Of a stretch of 64,000 nt of DNA, positions 1 to 13,615 are shown in pieces. The notes under the pieces are model-generated. The model was not told the DNA's origin. It made no database searches and saw only the letters and a program-made list of their open reading frames with translations. How positions within the stretch are numbered: position 1 is the first letter of the stretch; each line of letters starts with the position of its first letter. Made by a program: the position numbers and the translations under genes. This DNA is from Octopus vulgaris (Eukaryota), in the NCBI GenBank assembly GCA_951406725.2, contig OX597821.1:28024001-28088000 (forward strand), written 5' to 3'.

Positions 1-309
1 TGTATGCACGCTAAAAATTTTTTTACTTATTTCAGACGGAAAACATCATTAATTAGGAATATCACAAATAGGACCTTCACTTACTTCGGACATATTTTTG
101 TCCTCACTTTGTATTTATTTTATCCGTATCTACTGCTCACACTTGGTAACTCTGCATGGTAGACACCGCTAACTCACCGGTCATCATTTAACCAATACTT
201 CAATCATATTTCTGTTATGATATCACCCCAATGTTTAAGTTTGCTTTTCAGCAATTCAGGCAGTATACTCTGTATTACTTTTCCTCCGAGCTACTGCTAC
301 AAATGCTTG

Positions 310-320
310 TACATACATAC

Positions 321-379
<59 letters not shown>

Positions 380-429
380 TGATTGATTCTAGTTTCAGCT
401 CATGAGCTGTGGCCATGCTGGGGCACCGC

Positions 430-485
<56 letters not shown>

Positions 486-520
486 GTATATACATGTATA
501 TATATATCTACTTATATATG

Positions 521-566
<46 letters not shown>

Positions 567-582
567 AATATATATATATGTA

Positions 583-648
<66 letters not shown>
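310..648. repeat. (TA)n/(TACA)n microsatellite interrupted by a short SINE-tail fragment at about 385-432
   Basis: Direct reading. The fragment tctagtttcagctcatgagctgtggccatgctggggcaccgcc recurs at about 62482-62524 and its ggccatgctgg.gcaccgcc end matches the family A SINE tail. Confidence 0.9.
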
Positions 649-649
<1 letters not shown>

Positions 650-711
650 TATTTAAAAGCAGCAGAAATATAACAAAAGCTGTTTTGTTATAATTCTGCT
701 GCTTTAAAATA
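650..711. repeat. Fold-back inverted repeat abutting a (TA)n tract
   Basis: tatttaaaagcagcagaaatataacaaaa / ttttgttataattctgctgctttaaaata with a 4-nt centre (gctg). Confidence 0.9.
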
Positions 712-1454
712 AAGCATATTACTCTGCCTCTGGCATTTGAGTACTCTATTTTCCGTCTTGTTTCACATTTATGTGCTTGTATAAATTCCTGCTTATGTGG
801 GCGGGAGCCTATATTATTTTTTTAAAAACCTCTTTCTTTAGCTACAACTTTCTTCCACTTTTTATCTTTTTAGATATTAGCATTTTTTTATACTGTCAGT
901 TTTTAATTCCAATCTTTGCTCTCATCTCTCTTTCTCTCTTTACTCTCTCACGCGCACATAACATCTCTAAGCTGAATACTGGCATTTCTTCTCTACGCTC
1001 TTCTCTCTATATTCAGTGCTAATACTAGATAATGTTGTTTCAATGCTTTGTTTATGCTACTTATTTTGAATGTTTTTTTGTTTTAATTTCACTGTTACCA
1101 AAAAGTGTTCTTTAATTAGCCATGACTTTATAATTAAACACGTTACTGACTACTCTATCATTGCAGCCGTTCCACGATCAGTAAATTAGTCAAAATGATC
1201 GAGGTCGATAAATTTGGTTATTGCTTCTTCTCCATCAGCCAACTACAGCGCTAATGAGCGTTTTTAATGAGGCAAGTGAGAAGTTTAGCCATCTGAAAAT
1301 AATTACTTCATATAGACGTATACCAGTACATACACACAAAATCCCACACACGCTCAAGCTCACATATACACGCATTCATTCAGCTACCCTACATCTTGAT
1401 AGAAGAACAGGTGCATACATACACAAAGACACACACAAGCATACACACACACTT

Positions 1455-1780
<326 letters not shown>

Positions 1781-2385
1781 AAATTGCAGCATACAGTCAC
1801 AAAATTAGGCATTACATTTAATGTGGTCACGTGACATACATGTATATAGTATACTCACGTGCACACACATGTATGTTCTACATTAATTACGCCTACAAAC
1901 CCACACGCATACACATGTGTGCATGTATGTCATGCTTGCTGGCATCGTTGTTCATGGAATTTCATTCCGAACACGCAGTTAGTTTTTTCTTTCGGCTAGA
2001 TGGAGTAATCATTATCCGTTGTCGGTTTCTTGGTAATTTGAAGCACTCTTTGCTACTTTCCTTTTCTCCCGAACTCCCTTTTGAAATACGGAGGCTTTTA
2101 CAACACATTCGCTTATATTGATTTACGTGTCATCAGAACGAATGCTAAATTCTGTGAATCTGTGTGACCCGTCTCTAATTATCACAGGATTCGAATCAAT
2201 ACCATGCTTTCGCCACACAATTAGCAGGCATTTGACCTCACAAAGGGGACCTAGATTAATACTACCACTCCAGCTCACTTTAGTGTAGCTCACTTTAGTG
2301 TACTCTTCCATTGAGCGGGATTCCATAATATTAAATGTTTAGCAAATCTAAAATTAGCACCTTTCAATTCAGTGCGTACACACAG

Positions 2386-2726
2386 GTGAAGGTGCATGGC
2401 TCAGTTGTTAGAACGTCGGGCTCACAGTCAAGATGTAGTGAGTTCTATTCCAGGACCGGGCTGTGTTTTGTGTTCTTGAGTAAGTCATTTTATTTCATGT
2501 TGCTCCATATCACGCAAATGTAGAAATTAGTTGCGACGTCACTATGGCCAATCCGTTTCCGTTTTCCCTTGGATAACATCGGTGGCATACAGAGGGGAAA
2601 CTGGTATGTATGGGTGACTGCTGATCTTTCATAAACAACCTTGCCTGGACTTGTGCCTCTGAGGATAACTTTTTATGTGTAATTCCATGATCATTCGTGA
2701 TCGAAGGGGGACCTTTTAACCTTTTA
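2386..2726 (+). mobile_element. tRNA-head SINE, family B (older, diverged copy)
   Basis: A-box-like TGGCTCAGTTGTT and B-box-like GTTCTATTCC. Colinear with copies at 50488 and 57391; ends in accttttaacctttta. Confidence 0.9.
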
Positions 2727-2838
2727 ATTGAAGGAAATTTAACGTCACAACGGGCAAAACTAAATATATATGCATGTAAGAGAGAGAGAGAGGGGGAAGA
2801 CAGAGAGAGACTATGTGTGTATGTGTGTTTGTGTAAAT

Positions 2839-3030
2839 TTGAGTTGGATTAAAAGAACGAACTTCAACCCGAATTGAAAACTTCAGACTTGGAGCCACAT
2901 CGAACTGAGGCAAGTAAACAACACTCAACTTACTAAAGAAGATAAAGCTCTTCTAATTCCAGCATATACTCTTTGTTTTCGTTACACCATTATTATTGAA
3001 TATTTAGATAGAAATATAATTGGGTAACTT
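2839..3030 (+). repeat. Diverged local direct duplication of 4122-4293
   Basis: Shared blocks tgagttggattaaaagaa, aattgaaaa.ttcagac and ttattat.gaatattt...tagaaa...ggtaac in the same order. Confidence 0.8.
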
Positions 3031-3987
3031 CAGCCAAGATGTGAACTCAAACTGTATATGTTCACTGGAAGTGTTGACATTAATGAGATCTAAATTGCTT
3101 TAAGTTGTTCAGTTTCAACATCTCGTCAACACGCCTATTAATCTCGTGTTATAATTCATGATGGTTCTACTTATTTTAAGCAATGTCTGTAAAAGTATTT
3201 TTTGTAGCTTAGCTCTGAAATATAAACAAACAATATTTATATTAAAAAGAACGGAAAATTAACAAAAACAAAAAAGGATTTTTGCTATAGTTTTGACAGT
3301 ATACAGGCAAATATTTGTAGCAGCAATGGGAACCAGTGTTTGAAAATTTATTAAAGATCTTTCTTGATACAAAAAATTATTATAAAACCTTGGCGAAAAG
3401 AAGACATTTTTACTATTTCTTGAAACAAATTAGGTAAGATATTTAAAACATTGTTTCATCTTTTGGGAATGGAGTGTGAATATATTTTCTCAATGAAAGT
3501 TATAAATAATACTAACAATGACATCCAGTTTTATATGGGGAACAGAAATGATAAATTGATCTTTTTAGACACATTGATTATAAAATAAGCATAAAGGTGT
3601 TCGAGGGAGATATATGGAATGAAACACTTGATGAAAGGCAATATTTACTTTCTCGTGGTATCAATGCAGCTAAAAGAATGTGTACCTTCGTAGCATGCTC
3701 AAATGACCGAACAAAGACTTAACCTAAGCTTATTTTCACAAGATCATTTTATTCCCCATCATTAATTAAGAACGGAATAGTGAGAGTAAAGGCAATTGAG
3801 TGCAGTTAACCTTTTCTTTTTGATTTTCTGCATCAGCTGGCACACTTCTAATAGTCGTACTTTAGAAGTGTAGGAATATCAATGTTTGTATCGGACCAGA
3901 TCTCCCCCCAAACATAAGAGCTGTACGACAGCCCGGAACGGTTCAGAGTTCTGTAAACACATCAGTTGCTTCTTCAGGTTTTTATAT

Positions 3988-4120
3988 TTACTGTTCCAGC
4001 TGAATTGCTTTGCAGTTAGTGGCACTAAGTTCAAGAGCGTTTGAGGAAGGCTTTGTTTGTGACACAATAATTTTGTGTTCCTCTAGTAATTTTACTGGGA
4101 ATGGTAATTTATGTATAAAC
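3988..4120 (-). other. Possible terminal coding exon or pseudo-exon (FIHKLPFPVKLLEEHKIIVSQTKPSSNALELSATNCKAIQLEQ*)
   Basis: Minus-strand acceptor ttcttttaatccaactcag|G followed by one open frame of 43 codons; the other two frames close within 10 codons. No family recognised. Confidence 0.25.
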
Positions 4121-5307
4121 CTGAGTTGGATTAAAAGAATTAACGTGAATCAAAATTGAAAATTTCAGACGAGGCGTCACATAGAGCAAACCACGCACTT
4201 AATATACTCAAGATGATACTCTTATGATTCTCACTTTTTTTTGTATAGACCTTTATTATGGAATATTTGGGTAGAAAGATAAATAGGTAACCTCTCTCCC
4301 ATTATCATATAATTCGTATTTGATATGATTTCTGCGACACAGTGGTCTCTCTTCCTCAAACTTTCCATGGGGGATGTGAAGCTTTTAACTGTTAACTAAT
4401 AATTATCATTTCAACTTACTCCAGTCATCGCAAAAATGTTAAAAATGACCTTATTTAAATAGTCCTTCTTTGTTACGTATTATAGTGTAATATTAGGTAG
4501 TTCTGGGTACACACTATATTGTGATCTTTCAATTTAATTACACATCTTATAGTTTATAACTTCAGGAGCTTAAAAAACGAATACCACATTGAAAGATGTC
4601 TACACTAAACTTATTATTTCTCATTGTCCGCCTTCTCTCTCTCATCTCTATCACCCACACTCTCTCTCTTTTTCTCTCTCTCTCACAGACACGCGCACAC
4701 AGTCACTCGTATACGAATGTATGCAGCTTATATGTGAATGATTTATGTACGTAAACACATACATTTACTCATATTTTTATGCGATATTTCATGTACACTA
4801 AGGCAGTTTGCTGTATTGGCGTAGCGATATGACTATAACATCGACCACCAGTATCGTTGTGAACACTCCCGAGAAGAATCTTGTATACAATCGTTTTAAG
4901 ACATTTCTCAGCTGCATAATAGCAAATGAAAAAATACGTCGTGGCTAAATGAATCTAAAACTACATTATTTTGTAGTTCTAAGTCTATTAGGATTTGAGT
5001 TTAATATAAATAAATCACAATTTCGTTCATTTTTCTGGTCGGCATCATATACAATGATAACAACTGCCATTTACTCAATGTATTAAACTACAACTTGTTT
5101 AAAAGCAGCTGACGATGTGAATGTTCACCTCAGATAATATGGGTGCATCAAGAAAAATATGTAAAATATTCCGTAATTAGGCAACATGATATATTTGGGT
5201 ATAACTTGTCCCATTATCATTATAATCGACACAGGTAATAATGTTGTTCTGTTAACTTTATATTCGTATTCATCCTGTTGACTTCGTATTTATCCGCTCA
5301 AGGACAG

Positions 5308-5324
5308 GTATGTATGTATGTATG

Positions 5325-5355
<31 letters not shown>

Positions 5356-5421
5356 GTATGCATACATGTATGTATGTATGTAAGTATGCATACATGTATG
5401 TATGTATGTATATGTATATAT

Positions 5422-5459
<38 letters not shown>

Positions 5460-5528
5460 TACATATACATATATATATATATACATACATATATATATAC
5501 ATATACATATACATATACATATATATAT

Positions 5529-5595
<67 letters not shown>

Positions 5596-5598
5596 CAT
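5308..5598. repeat. (TATG)n/(TA)n compound microsatellite
   Basis: Direct reading. Confidence 0.97.
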
Positions 5599-5804
5599 AC
5601 TCACCTCGTTGGGTCCCTTAAGCGTTGAACAACGAACCAAATATGATTTGCAAAGAGTTTGGTAGTTTCTTTGAGTATTTTAACTCTTATCTCTAGCAAG
5701 AAATACTTCGTGTAAATGCTATTATGATTATTTATTAAATATAACATTTTATTGATTAGCCATTAATGCTTGCTGACTACTAATATCACATATATATTTA
5801 TTGC

Positions 5805-5892
<88 letters not shown>

Positions 5893-6077
5893 AAGAAGAA
5901 GGAGAAGAAGAAGAAGACGAAGGAGGAGGAGAAGAAGAATGAGGAGGAGGAGGAGAAGCGGAAGAAGAAGGAGAAGAAGAAGAAGAAGAAGAAGAAGAAG
6001 AAGAAGAAGAAGAAGAAGAAGAAGAAGAAGAAGAAGAAGAAGAAGAAGAAGAAGAAGAAGAAGAAGAAGAAGAAGAA
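5805..6077. repeat. (AAT)n-(AAG)n compound trinucleotide microsatellite
   Basis: Direct reading; source of the poly-N/K/R/L/S ORFs. Confidence 0.98.
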
Positions 6078-6432
6078 TATCTATATGAATATTCATTTGA
6101 ATATCTACTCATCGTAAATTTAAGCACTGAAATTGTTTTGATCTTGGCGCGAGCCTGTTCAACTTTCAACGGGCACAACGAGGTGAGTAGGATTTTAACA
6201 CTAAGTAGTTAGCAAGAGAATTCAGGAGTAATCCAGAATTCGAAATCATGATAGAGGTATATCTATAACCAAATATTTCAGCTTTAAGGTGAAGAAATTT
6301 TAGTGGCTTGTTTGAGTATTTTAACTCTTATTTCTAGAAAGCTGGTACTTCGTTACCCTCTATTATAATTAATCATTAATCATAAAATTTTATATATGTG
6401 AATTAATTACATGCATTAAATACAAAGGCATT

Positions 6433-6788
6433 AAAGTTAGACAGAGAGAAAGAAGGAAGGAAAGACATAGGTTTCAGTTACCAAAATTACATTTCATAAC
6501 GAGTCCAACATTAAATACACGCACACACATACAATCCACAAACACAGACACATGTACACACACATATAGTCACACACACACACCCATAGAGAAATACACA
6601 CAGACACACACATATATATATTTATATATATGTGTATATATATATCTGTGTATCTGAGTGTTTCTCTCTGTGTGTACGTGTGTCCGTGTTTGTGTATGTG
6701 TGCGTGTGTGTGTATTTAATGTTGGAATCGTTATGTAATTTTGGTAAGTGAAACCTATATCTTTCCTTCTTTCTCTCTGTCTAACTTT
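6433..6788. repeat. About 355-bp imperfect palindrome centred on a (TA)-rich tract
   Basis: aaagttagacagagagaaagaagg...ataggtttcagttaccaaaattacat...ccaacattaaatacac is mirrored by gtgtatttaatgttgg...atgtaattttggtaagtgaaacctat...ttctttctctctgtctaacttt. Confidence 0.92.
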
Positions 6789-6923
6789 CTATCTACATAC
6801 CTATTTTTCAATCAATAAATCTATCAGTCTATCTATCTATCTATCTATTTATCGCTTTCTCTCTCTCCCTGTCTGTCTCTCTGTATCTCTCTCTGTCTCT
6901 CTGTCTTTCACTTTGTGCGCGTG

Positions 6924-7010
<87 letters not shown>

Positions 7011-7546
7011 CACAGACGCACGCCTATATATAAAAAAATACAGACAATATGATGTATGACCACGTTATAGAAAGACAGAGATGTGGACAACGATATATCT
7101 CGTGGCACTAATATCCCCTTCTGTGTTATAATGAATGCGAATGGCATTGCAAAGAATTTTATTCTTGAATATGTTTTCCTCAGCATTTGACAAATATTTT
7201 TAACGATGGAATATTCATGAGAAGATTTATACTGGTTTAAAAAGGAAAATTATAAACCTCGAATCGATCATTGCTTTCATATAATATGTACAAGGTGTCG
7301 TTTATCACAGTTCGTTCGAAGTAAGCATTCCTGAATTTTCCTAGTTTACAAAATAAGGTAATGCACATATATAAATATTTGGTGTTACTTTTTACTACGT
7401 GAAGAACGGGTATATCATATATATAAGTGCGTACATCTATATATGCATATGTATATGTATACATATAGAAAGACACACACATATATGTGTGTTTATATAT
7501 ATATATATATATATATACACGCACACACACATACATATATATATGT

Positions 7547-7594
<48 letters not shown>

Positions 7595-7805
7595 GCGTTA
7601 TATAGAGGAGGGAACGGGGAAAAATTGAGTGTAAGAAATAACCTGTGCGTGAGTTTGTATATATATATGTGTGTATATATATATGCATATATATGTATGC
7701 ATATATACATATACATATATACATATATATATATAAATGAATTTATAACTATATATGTATGTATAACTTTGCTATATATATACGCACACACATACATATA
7801 TATGC

Positions 7806-7847
<42 letters not shown>

Positions 7848-8072
7848 ATATAACATAAAGTTGGATGAAAACTTTAATCATTTATCATAGGAGAATTGCG
7901 TAACTTCTTTGTTAAGTTACAATAATACTTCTTGGTAAAAAAATCTACTTTAGCTAAATGCATTTTTCAGGTACATTTCACGTTGCTTTTTCTGACAATC
8001 CCATGCTCTGCAAATGTCTATCATAGTTTATTAAAGAAATTAACATGCCAGTGAATTAATTGCACGCATTAA

Positions 8073-8914
8073 TTACAAGGTGCATCAAAGAAATTTTATA
8101 GTTTCAGTGGTGGCATTTATTGATTTCAAAGGAGTAGAAAATTCTAATCTTCAAAGTTGGATCGTCTGCATTCAATGAATTGTAGCGTCCAGCCTGCTTG
8201 TGAAGGCCCCATGGAATCCTTCTAAAGTGAAAGTGTCTATGCACCCTGTCACAACCACCTTCATCTTCTGTTTCACATAGGAAACAGCACAAAGCCACAG
8301 GTTGCAAAATGTGGATTGTAGGGTCGGTGACGGAAATGTTTGATGCCAATCTCTGTCAAGTAGTTGGTGACTTAGAAGGAACATGCGGTACAGTGTCGAT
8401 AATTCCTTCCTGCTAGAACTAATTGTACGGTTGCTTTAGCCTTTTACAATGAAATTTCTTCTTAAACTCCCTCAAAACCTCCACAAGATACTCTTTGTTG
8501 ACCACCTGGCCTGTGGTTTTAGATGTTGTCATTGCTGGGAAAAATTGATTCCCAATCTCTTAACAAAAGCCTCGATTGCCATCTAACATCGAAAACTCGA
8601 AAACTCATAGAAGATAATCCATAAGAATTCTGGAGCATTTTATTAGTTTCTGTAGCGTTTTTATTCAGTTAAACACGAATCTTCCAAATTGCTTACCTGT
8701 TCCGTCTACTTTCTGCAAACTGATCACCTGTAAGAAGTAGTGTTTAGTTGGGAGTTTTCAAAGTGCCGTTAAAGCTGCTTCCTTTAATCTGGAATAAAAG
8801 TTGCCAGGTCAGCTTATTGAGACATATAAATGATATCCTAAAATTGCAATAATTCACGACAGTTATGCTTGTTTCTCTAAAAAAAGTCTACAAACTTCTA
8901 GAATGAACAATGTA
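8073..8914. mobile_element. Highly decayed Tc1/mariner-like remnant
   Basis: Weak terminal inverted similarity (tacaaggtgcatcaaagaaattttatag versus reverse complement tacattgttcattctagaagtttgtag), each starting with TA. No readable transposase motif. Confidence 0.35.
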
Positions 8915-9183
8915 AACTGCACATGTTTCAATGTTTACAGATTAAATATCCTACAAATGAAACAAACATTAATTGAATATATTTACTAACTTTCGAGAGA
9001 TGGTTATATTTCGAGAATTCTGCAGAGCAAAGGGAACAACAATAATAAAATACCTACGCACATATTTGCGTTGAATATCTAGCTAATGGAAATATAAGTA
9101 ATATATTTTAAAATAGCGTTATAGCTCTTTATTGATTTTCCGAATGTGATGAAAAATACATTCGAAAACGTCACTTAAATTAG

Positions 9184-9356
<173 letters not shown>

Positions 9357-9796
9357 GTTAAAAATAAATACTGTTTACAATAACAAACTATATCATATCA
9401 TATAATTAAAGGTTTCAGTATAATAATTACTGAAAAGCAGACGACAAAATTTGTTTGTGATTACTAAATAAACAAGTGTTGCAAGTTCAGTAATACACTG
9501 CTGGCAACTATCCATTGAAAAATAAGTGATTAGTAACATTTAGTTATTAGATTTATTGATACATATTTGATGACGTTTAATTGTAGAGATACCGATAGAT
9601 AAAGTTGTTTATGCCAATATTAATTTCCTTTCTGCACTCGACGGGAAATTATATCGCATTAGATATCTTTGCAAATTATCCATAAGATAAAATATGATTT
9701 AATACTGAATTGAGGTACAATGGTCTTTAGAATATTATGAGACACTTTCAGGCGCACCAAGATATATAATTTTGGTAAGTATATATACAGACATGT

Positions 9797-10018
9797 GTGG
9801 AGGCGCAATAGCCCAGTGGTTAGGGCAGCAGGCACGCGGTCGTTTGATCGCGGTTTCGATTCCCAGACCAGGCGTTGTGAGTGTTTATTGAGTGAAAACA
9901 CCTAAAGATCCACCAGGCTCCGCCAGGGAGTGGTGGAGATCCCTGCTGTAATCTTTCGCTCCAACTTTCCCTCGCTCTAACTTCTGTTGGCCTGCTTGCT
10001 TAGCCAGCGGGGTGGAGT
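9797..10018 (+). mobile_element. tRNA-head SINE, family C (3'-truncated)
   Basis: A box TAGCCCAGTGG and B box GTTTCGATTCC; colinear with 26729-27028 and the head of 19081. Confidence 0.9.
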
Positions 10019-10099
10019 CCGCTGCTCTATTCACTACGTCATGTGCCTTCACGCCATCTGGAAAGGTTTAGGGGGAAAATCGACATCAGTACTTCAGTT

Positions 10100-10405
10100 T
10101 CTTTTTCAGTCTGATTTTTATTTTATCAGTCGTTTTCTCAAGCTGCTAAGTCCGTAAACAAACTAACATCGATTGTCAGACGGTGGTGAGAGACACACAC
10201 AAGTGCAGACACACACACACACGTACATTGATATAGACATATACACGACGAGCTTCTTTTCAGTCTCCGTCTACAAAATCTACTCAAGACGCTTCGTTTA
10301 ATCCAGAATTATAATAGAATTATAATTAAAGACTTGTCTAGATTTCCATGCATCGGGACTTAAACCAGAACCTTATGGTTGGGAAGCAAACCTTTTAACA
10401 TAGTC
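10100..10405 (-). mobile_element. SINE family A, decayed copy
   Basis: Matches family A blocks (gctaag...taaaca, acgacg.gcttcttt.cagt.tccgtctac, gggact.aa.cc.gaacc.tatggttg). Confidence 0.7.
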
Positions 10406-11157
10406 TGTTGAATCTACTAAAACATGATCATTAAACAAGTGGATAACTTTATAAAATGACATTCGAATAGGAATGTCGTTTCCGTACTCAAAGCATGCTG
10501 TATTATTGAATACGTTGAGTAGCGACTAGTGTTTTAGGACCCATCTTCACAGCGTTTTCCATCACACTAAGACGCAGAGTGATACAAAAGCATATCGGTA
10601 CCGTACGCAACATGCTTTAAGACGATACACTTGCCTAATACATATACCGAAAGAATGCCTAGAAAATAGCACTGAAGCAAAATCTAAAATGAAGAATAGT
10701 AAAATTAAAACGACTAGCAACACAAGCACAGTTTGTGTTTTGAAAATATGCCAGTTTCTGTATCGTATGTATTTGAAATAAGGACATAAATACATACAAA
10801 TTCATGCATATACAGGGAAAATAATATCCACATATATACAATATCTCATCAGTGTTGCGCACATTGAGGAAAAGCGTTTACATATTTCTCCGCACATGAA
10901 GAATTGTATAAGCAAATATCTATAATAATAAATGCGAAATTCTGCCTCACTAAGACCTTTGTATCTCAGTCTATATCTACTCTATATGGACATAATATAC
11001 CGTTTTGAAATCAAGATGATCCCGGGATTGAAAATGTATCCTTCATTTGTTTCTTGAACATACAGCATTGGGATCTGATTTAAAAGCATTCGTGTTGCTA
11101 TTTCTAGCAGGTAAAGCTTGGCTGATTCACGCTATTTTGGTTGGCGGTTGTGAGGAA

Positions 11158-11387
11158 GGCGGCGAGCTTGCAGAAACGCTAGCACGCCGAGCTAAGTGCG
11201 TAGCCGTATTTCGTCTGCCGTTACGTTCTGAGTTCAAATTCCGCCGAGGTCGACTTTGCTTTTCATTCTTTCGGGTTCGATTAAATAAGTACCAGTTATG
11301 CACTGGGGTCAATATAATCGGCTTAATCCGTTTGTCTGTCCTTGTTTTTTCCCTCTGTGTTTAGCACCTTGAGGGTAGTAAAGAAAT
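11158..11387 (+). mobile_element. SINE family D, near full length
   Basis: Head ggcggcgagcttgcagaa, B box GAGTTCAAATTCC, central gaggtcgactttgc..ttcat.ctttcggg.tcgat.aa.taagtaccag, tail ...gggtagtaaagaaat. Confidence 0.9.
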
Positions 11388-11810
11388 TGGTTGTGAGATG
11401 ACGTCAAAGATAAAGGGGGAGATAAATGACATTCGCTTCGTTAATTGTAAGTCAAGATGAGATGGAAAAAATGAATGACTGGATTACTAAATTAATTCTC
11501 ATCTGTCCTTAACCTCTGATCAAACACAACCGGTACATATAGTCATTATAGACTTACTATAGTCATGCTATTTAGCTCCCTTCAGTTTTGGGCTAAAGGC
11601 GCAATTAGCCCTCCGCAGGAGCTAACCTAATAGCCTGCACGGAATGCGGTTGTTAAGCTAGTAAAGAATAAGACACCTACTAGTCAATATCGGTTTTCCA
11701 AAGGAATTGAGCAATATATTGAAACACAGATTTTAAAAAAACAGATATTGCTTATGTAAAAATAAATGTCTCACATAAAGTGTATTACATGATGCAAAAA
11801 TACATATTGA

Positions 11811-12090
11811 TTTCAAATTTTAGCACAAGGCCAGTAATTTCGGTGTTAGAAGTAAGGTGACTACATTGATACCCCCAGTGCTCAACTGGTAATTATTTTA
11901 TCGATTCCGAATCCTTACCATGCCAGGCAAAATTCTTAGCGGCATTCGTCTTTACGTACTAAGTTCAAATTCTGCCGAGGTCGACTTTGCCTCTCATCGT
12001 TTAGATGTCGATAAATTAAGTACAAATGAAACACTGGGATCAATGTAATTGACTTATGTCCTCCCACTTTAGTGTGCCTTTAGTAGAAAG

Positions 12091-12100
<10 letters not shown>
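11811..12100. mobile_element. Two family D-related SINE fragments in opposite orientation (11811-11910 minus; 11920-12100 plus) with alternative tails
   Basis: Same central domain as family D. Tails are tttcaaatttt.gcacaaggccag (minus) and gtgcctttagtagaaaggattattatt (plus). Confidence 0.75.
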
Positions 12101-12335
<235 letters not shown>

Positions 12336-13581
12336 TCCTCTGAGTATAGCGATATTCGAAGCAAAGCTTCCTTCGGGTTTTTGAAATGAAGAATATAATG
12401 CAATGTTCGTGTTTTTACTTTAAGTGAATTATGATTAAACTGCGCACGATTTGCCTGTGGCAGTACTTTGATGTGGGCAAATATATGATTTTGACACAGG
12501 GCTATAAAGTGTTGTTGCTAACTTCATTTATTAAATTATTTGAATCAGTTTATGCATCGTACAATAAAGCCATACATATGAGTAAATCCCGCATTAGGCT
12601 GGTAATCACTTTTGAATGTTTCTAGGAAACAACTTTCTTAGAATTACAAAGTAAACGAGTATTCTTTACATGGATGCTATTTTTAAGGATTTTAAAGTAG
12701 TTTTCTGTGAGATAAATGAACCACGTTACTTCAGCTATTGCTTAAGCGAAAAATTCCATAGCACTTGTCTCTGCCATAGGAAAAGTACTTGTGACCTGAC
12801 AAAACTATAACCAAAATTAAACAGCGAATAAAACATTTTGTTTAGACGATTAATACTCTTATGGAAAGAAAACTAATTTTCGCTTTTAAAGTTATCTCCA
12901 AGGTTAAAATTTATGGAGAAAGACATGACGTCAAAAGCAATAAGTTGTGAGATATATTATTCAACACGATTAAATAATGTATAATTATAAACTAGCTAAT
13001 TTACAACTGAAATACAGTTTAATCTGATCATATAAATCTAATGTACTTACATGTTATTTAACAAGTATAATTGCGCTTCTGTGTTCGCTTGTGATTTTCA
13101 CAATTTTGTGTCACATAAAATGTGTAAAGTAATTAAGAGGAAAACGATTAAAACGGTTCTTTAACAAAACCTCGTTGTAATCTTGACGAAAAGTATTAAT
13201 AGCATTTAATGAAAATCACTTCCCAATAGAAAATGATGAATGGACCTGTACCATGCTTCTTTATGGCTATTCTTATGATGCGGCATTATAAGCTACACAT
13301 TTGGACGAGTTTCAACAGCATTACAAAATCAGGCTTCCTTACTAACTTATTGAAGCTTCTCGAGATTACGCAGTAGGAATAGGATTATTTTTATCAACAA
13401 AGAAATGATACAGGCAATTTTCCTTTTGTAACGTTTGTGCCGTTTGCGATGTTATGTGTGTTCTATAAGTTCTCATCGTTTTTGCATAATTCCTTCCAAT
13501 TGTAATGCATAACCCAAAATAACACTGTAGTACTTATTTATTTACCCACTTCTAACACCTCTATTTCTCCCCCACGCTGGC

Positions 13582-13615
<34 letters not shown>

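Noticed and set aside
80-212. Minus-strand segment with acceptor-like and GTAAGT donor-like ends
   Set aside because: All three frames contain early stops; at most non-coding or decayed and not supportable from sequence alone.
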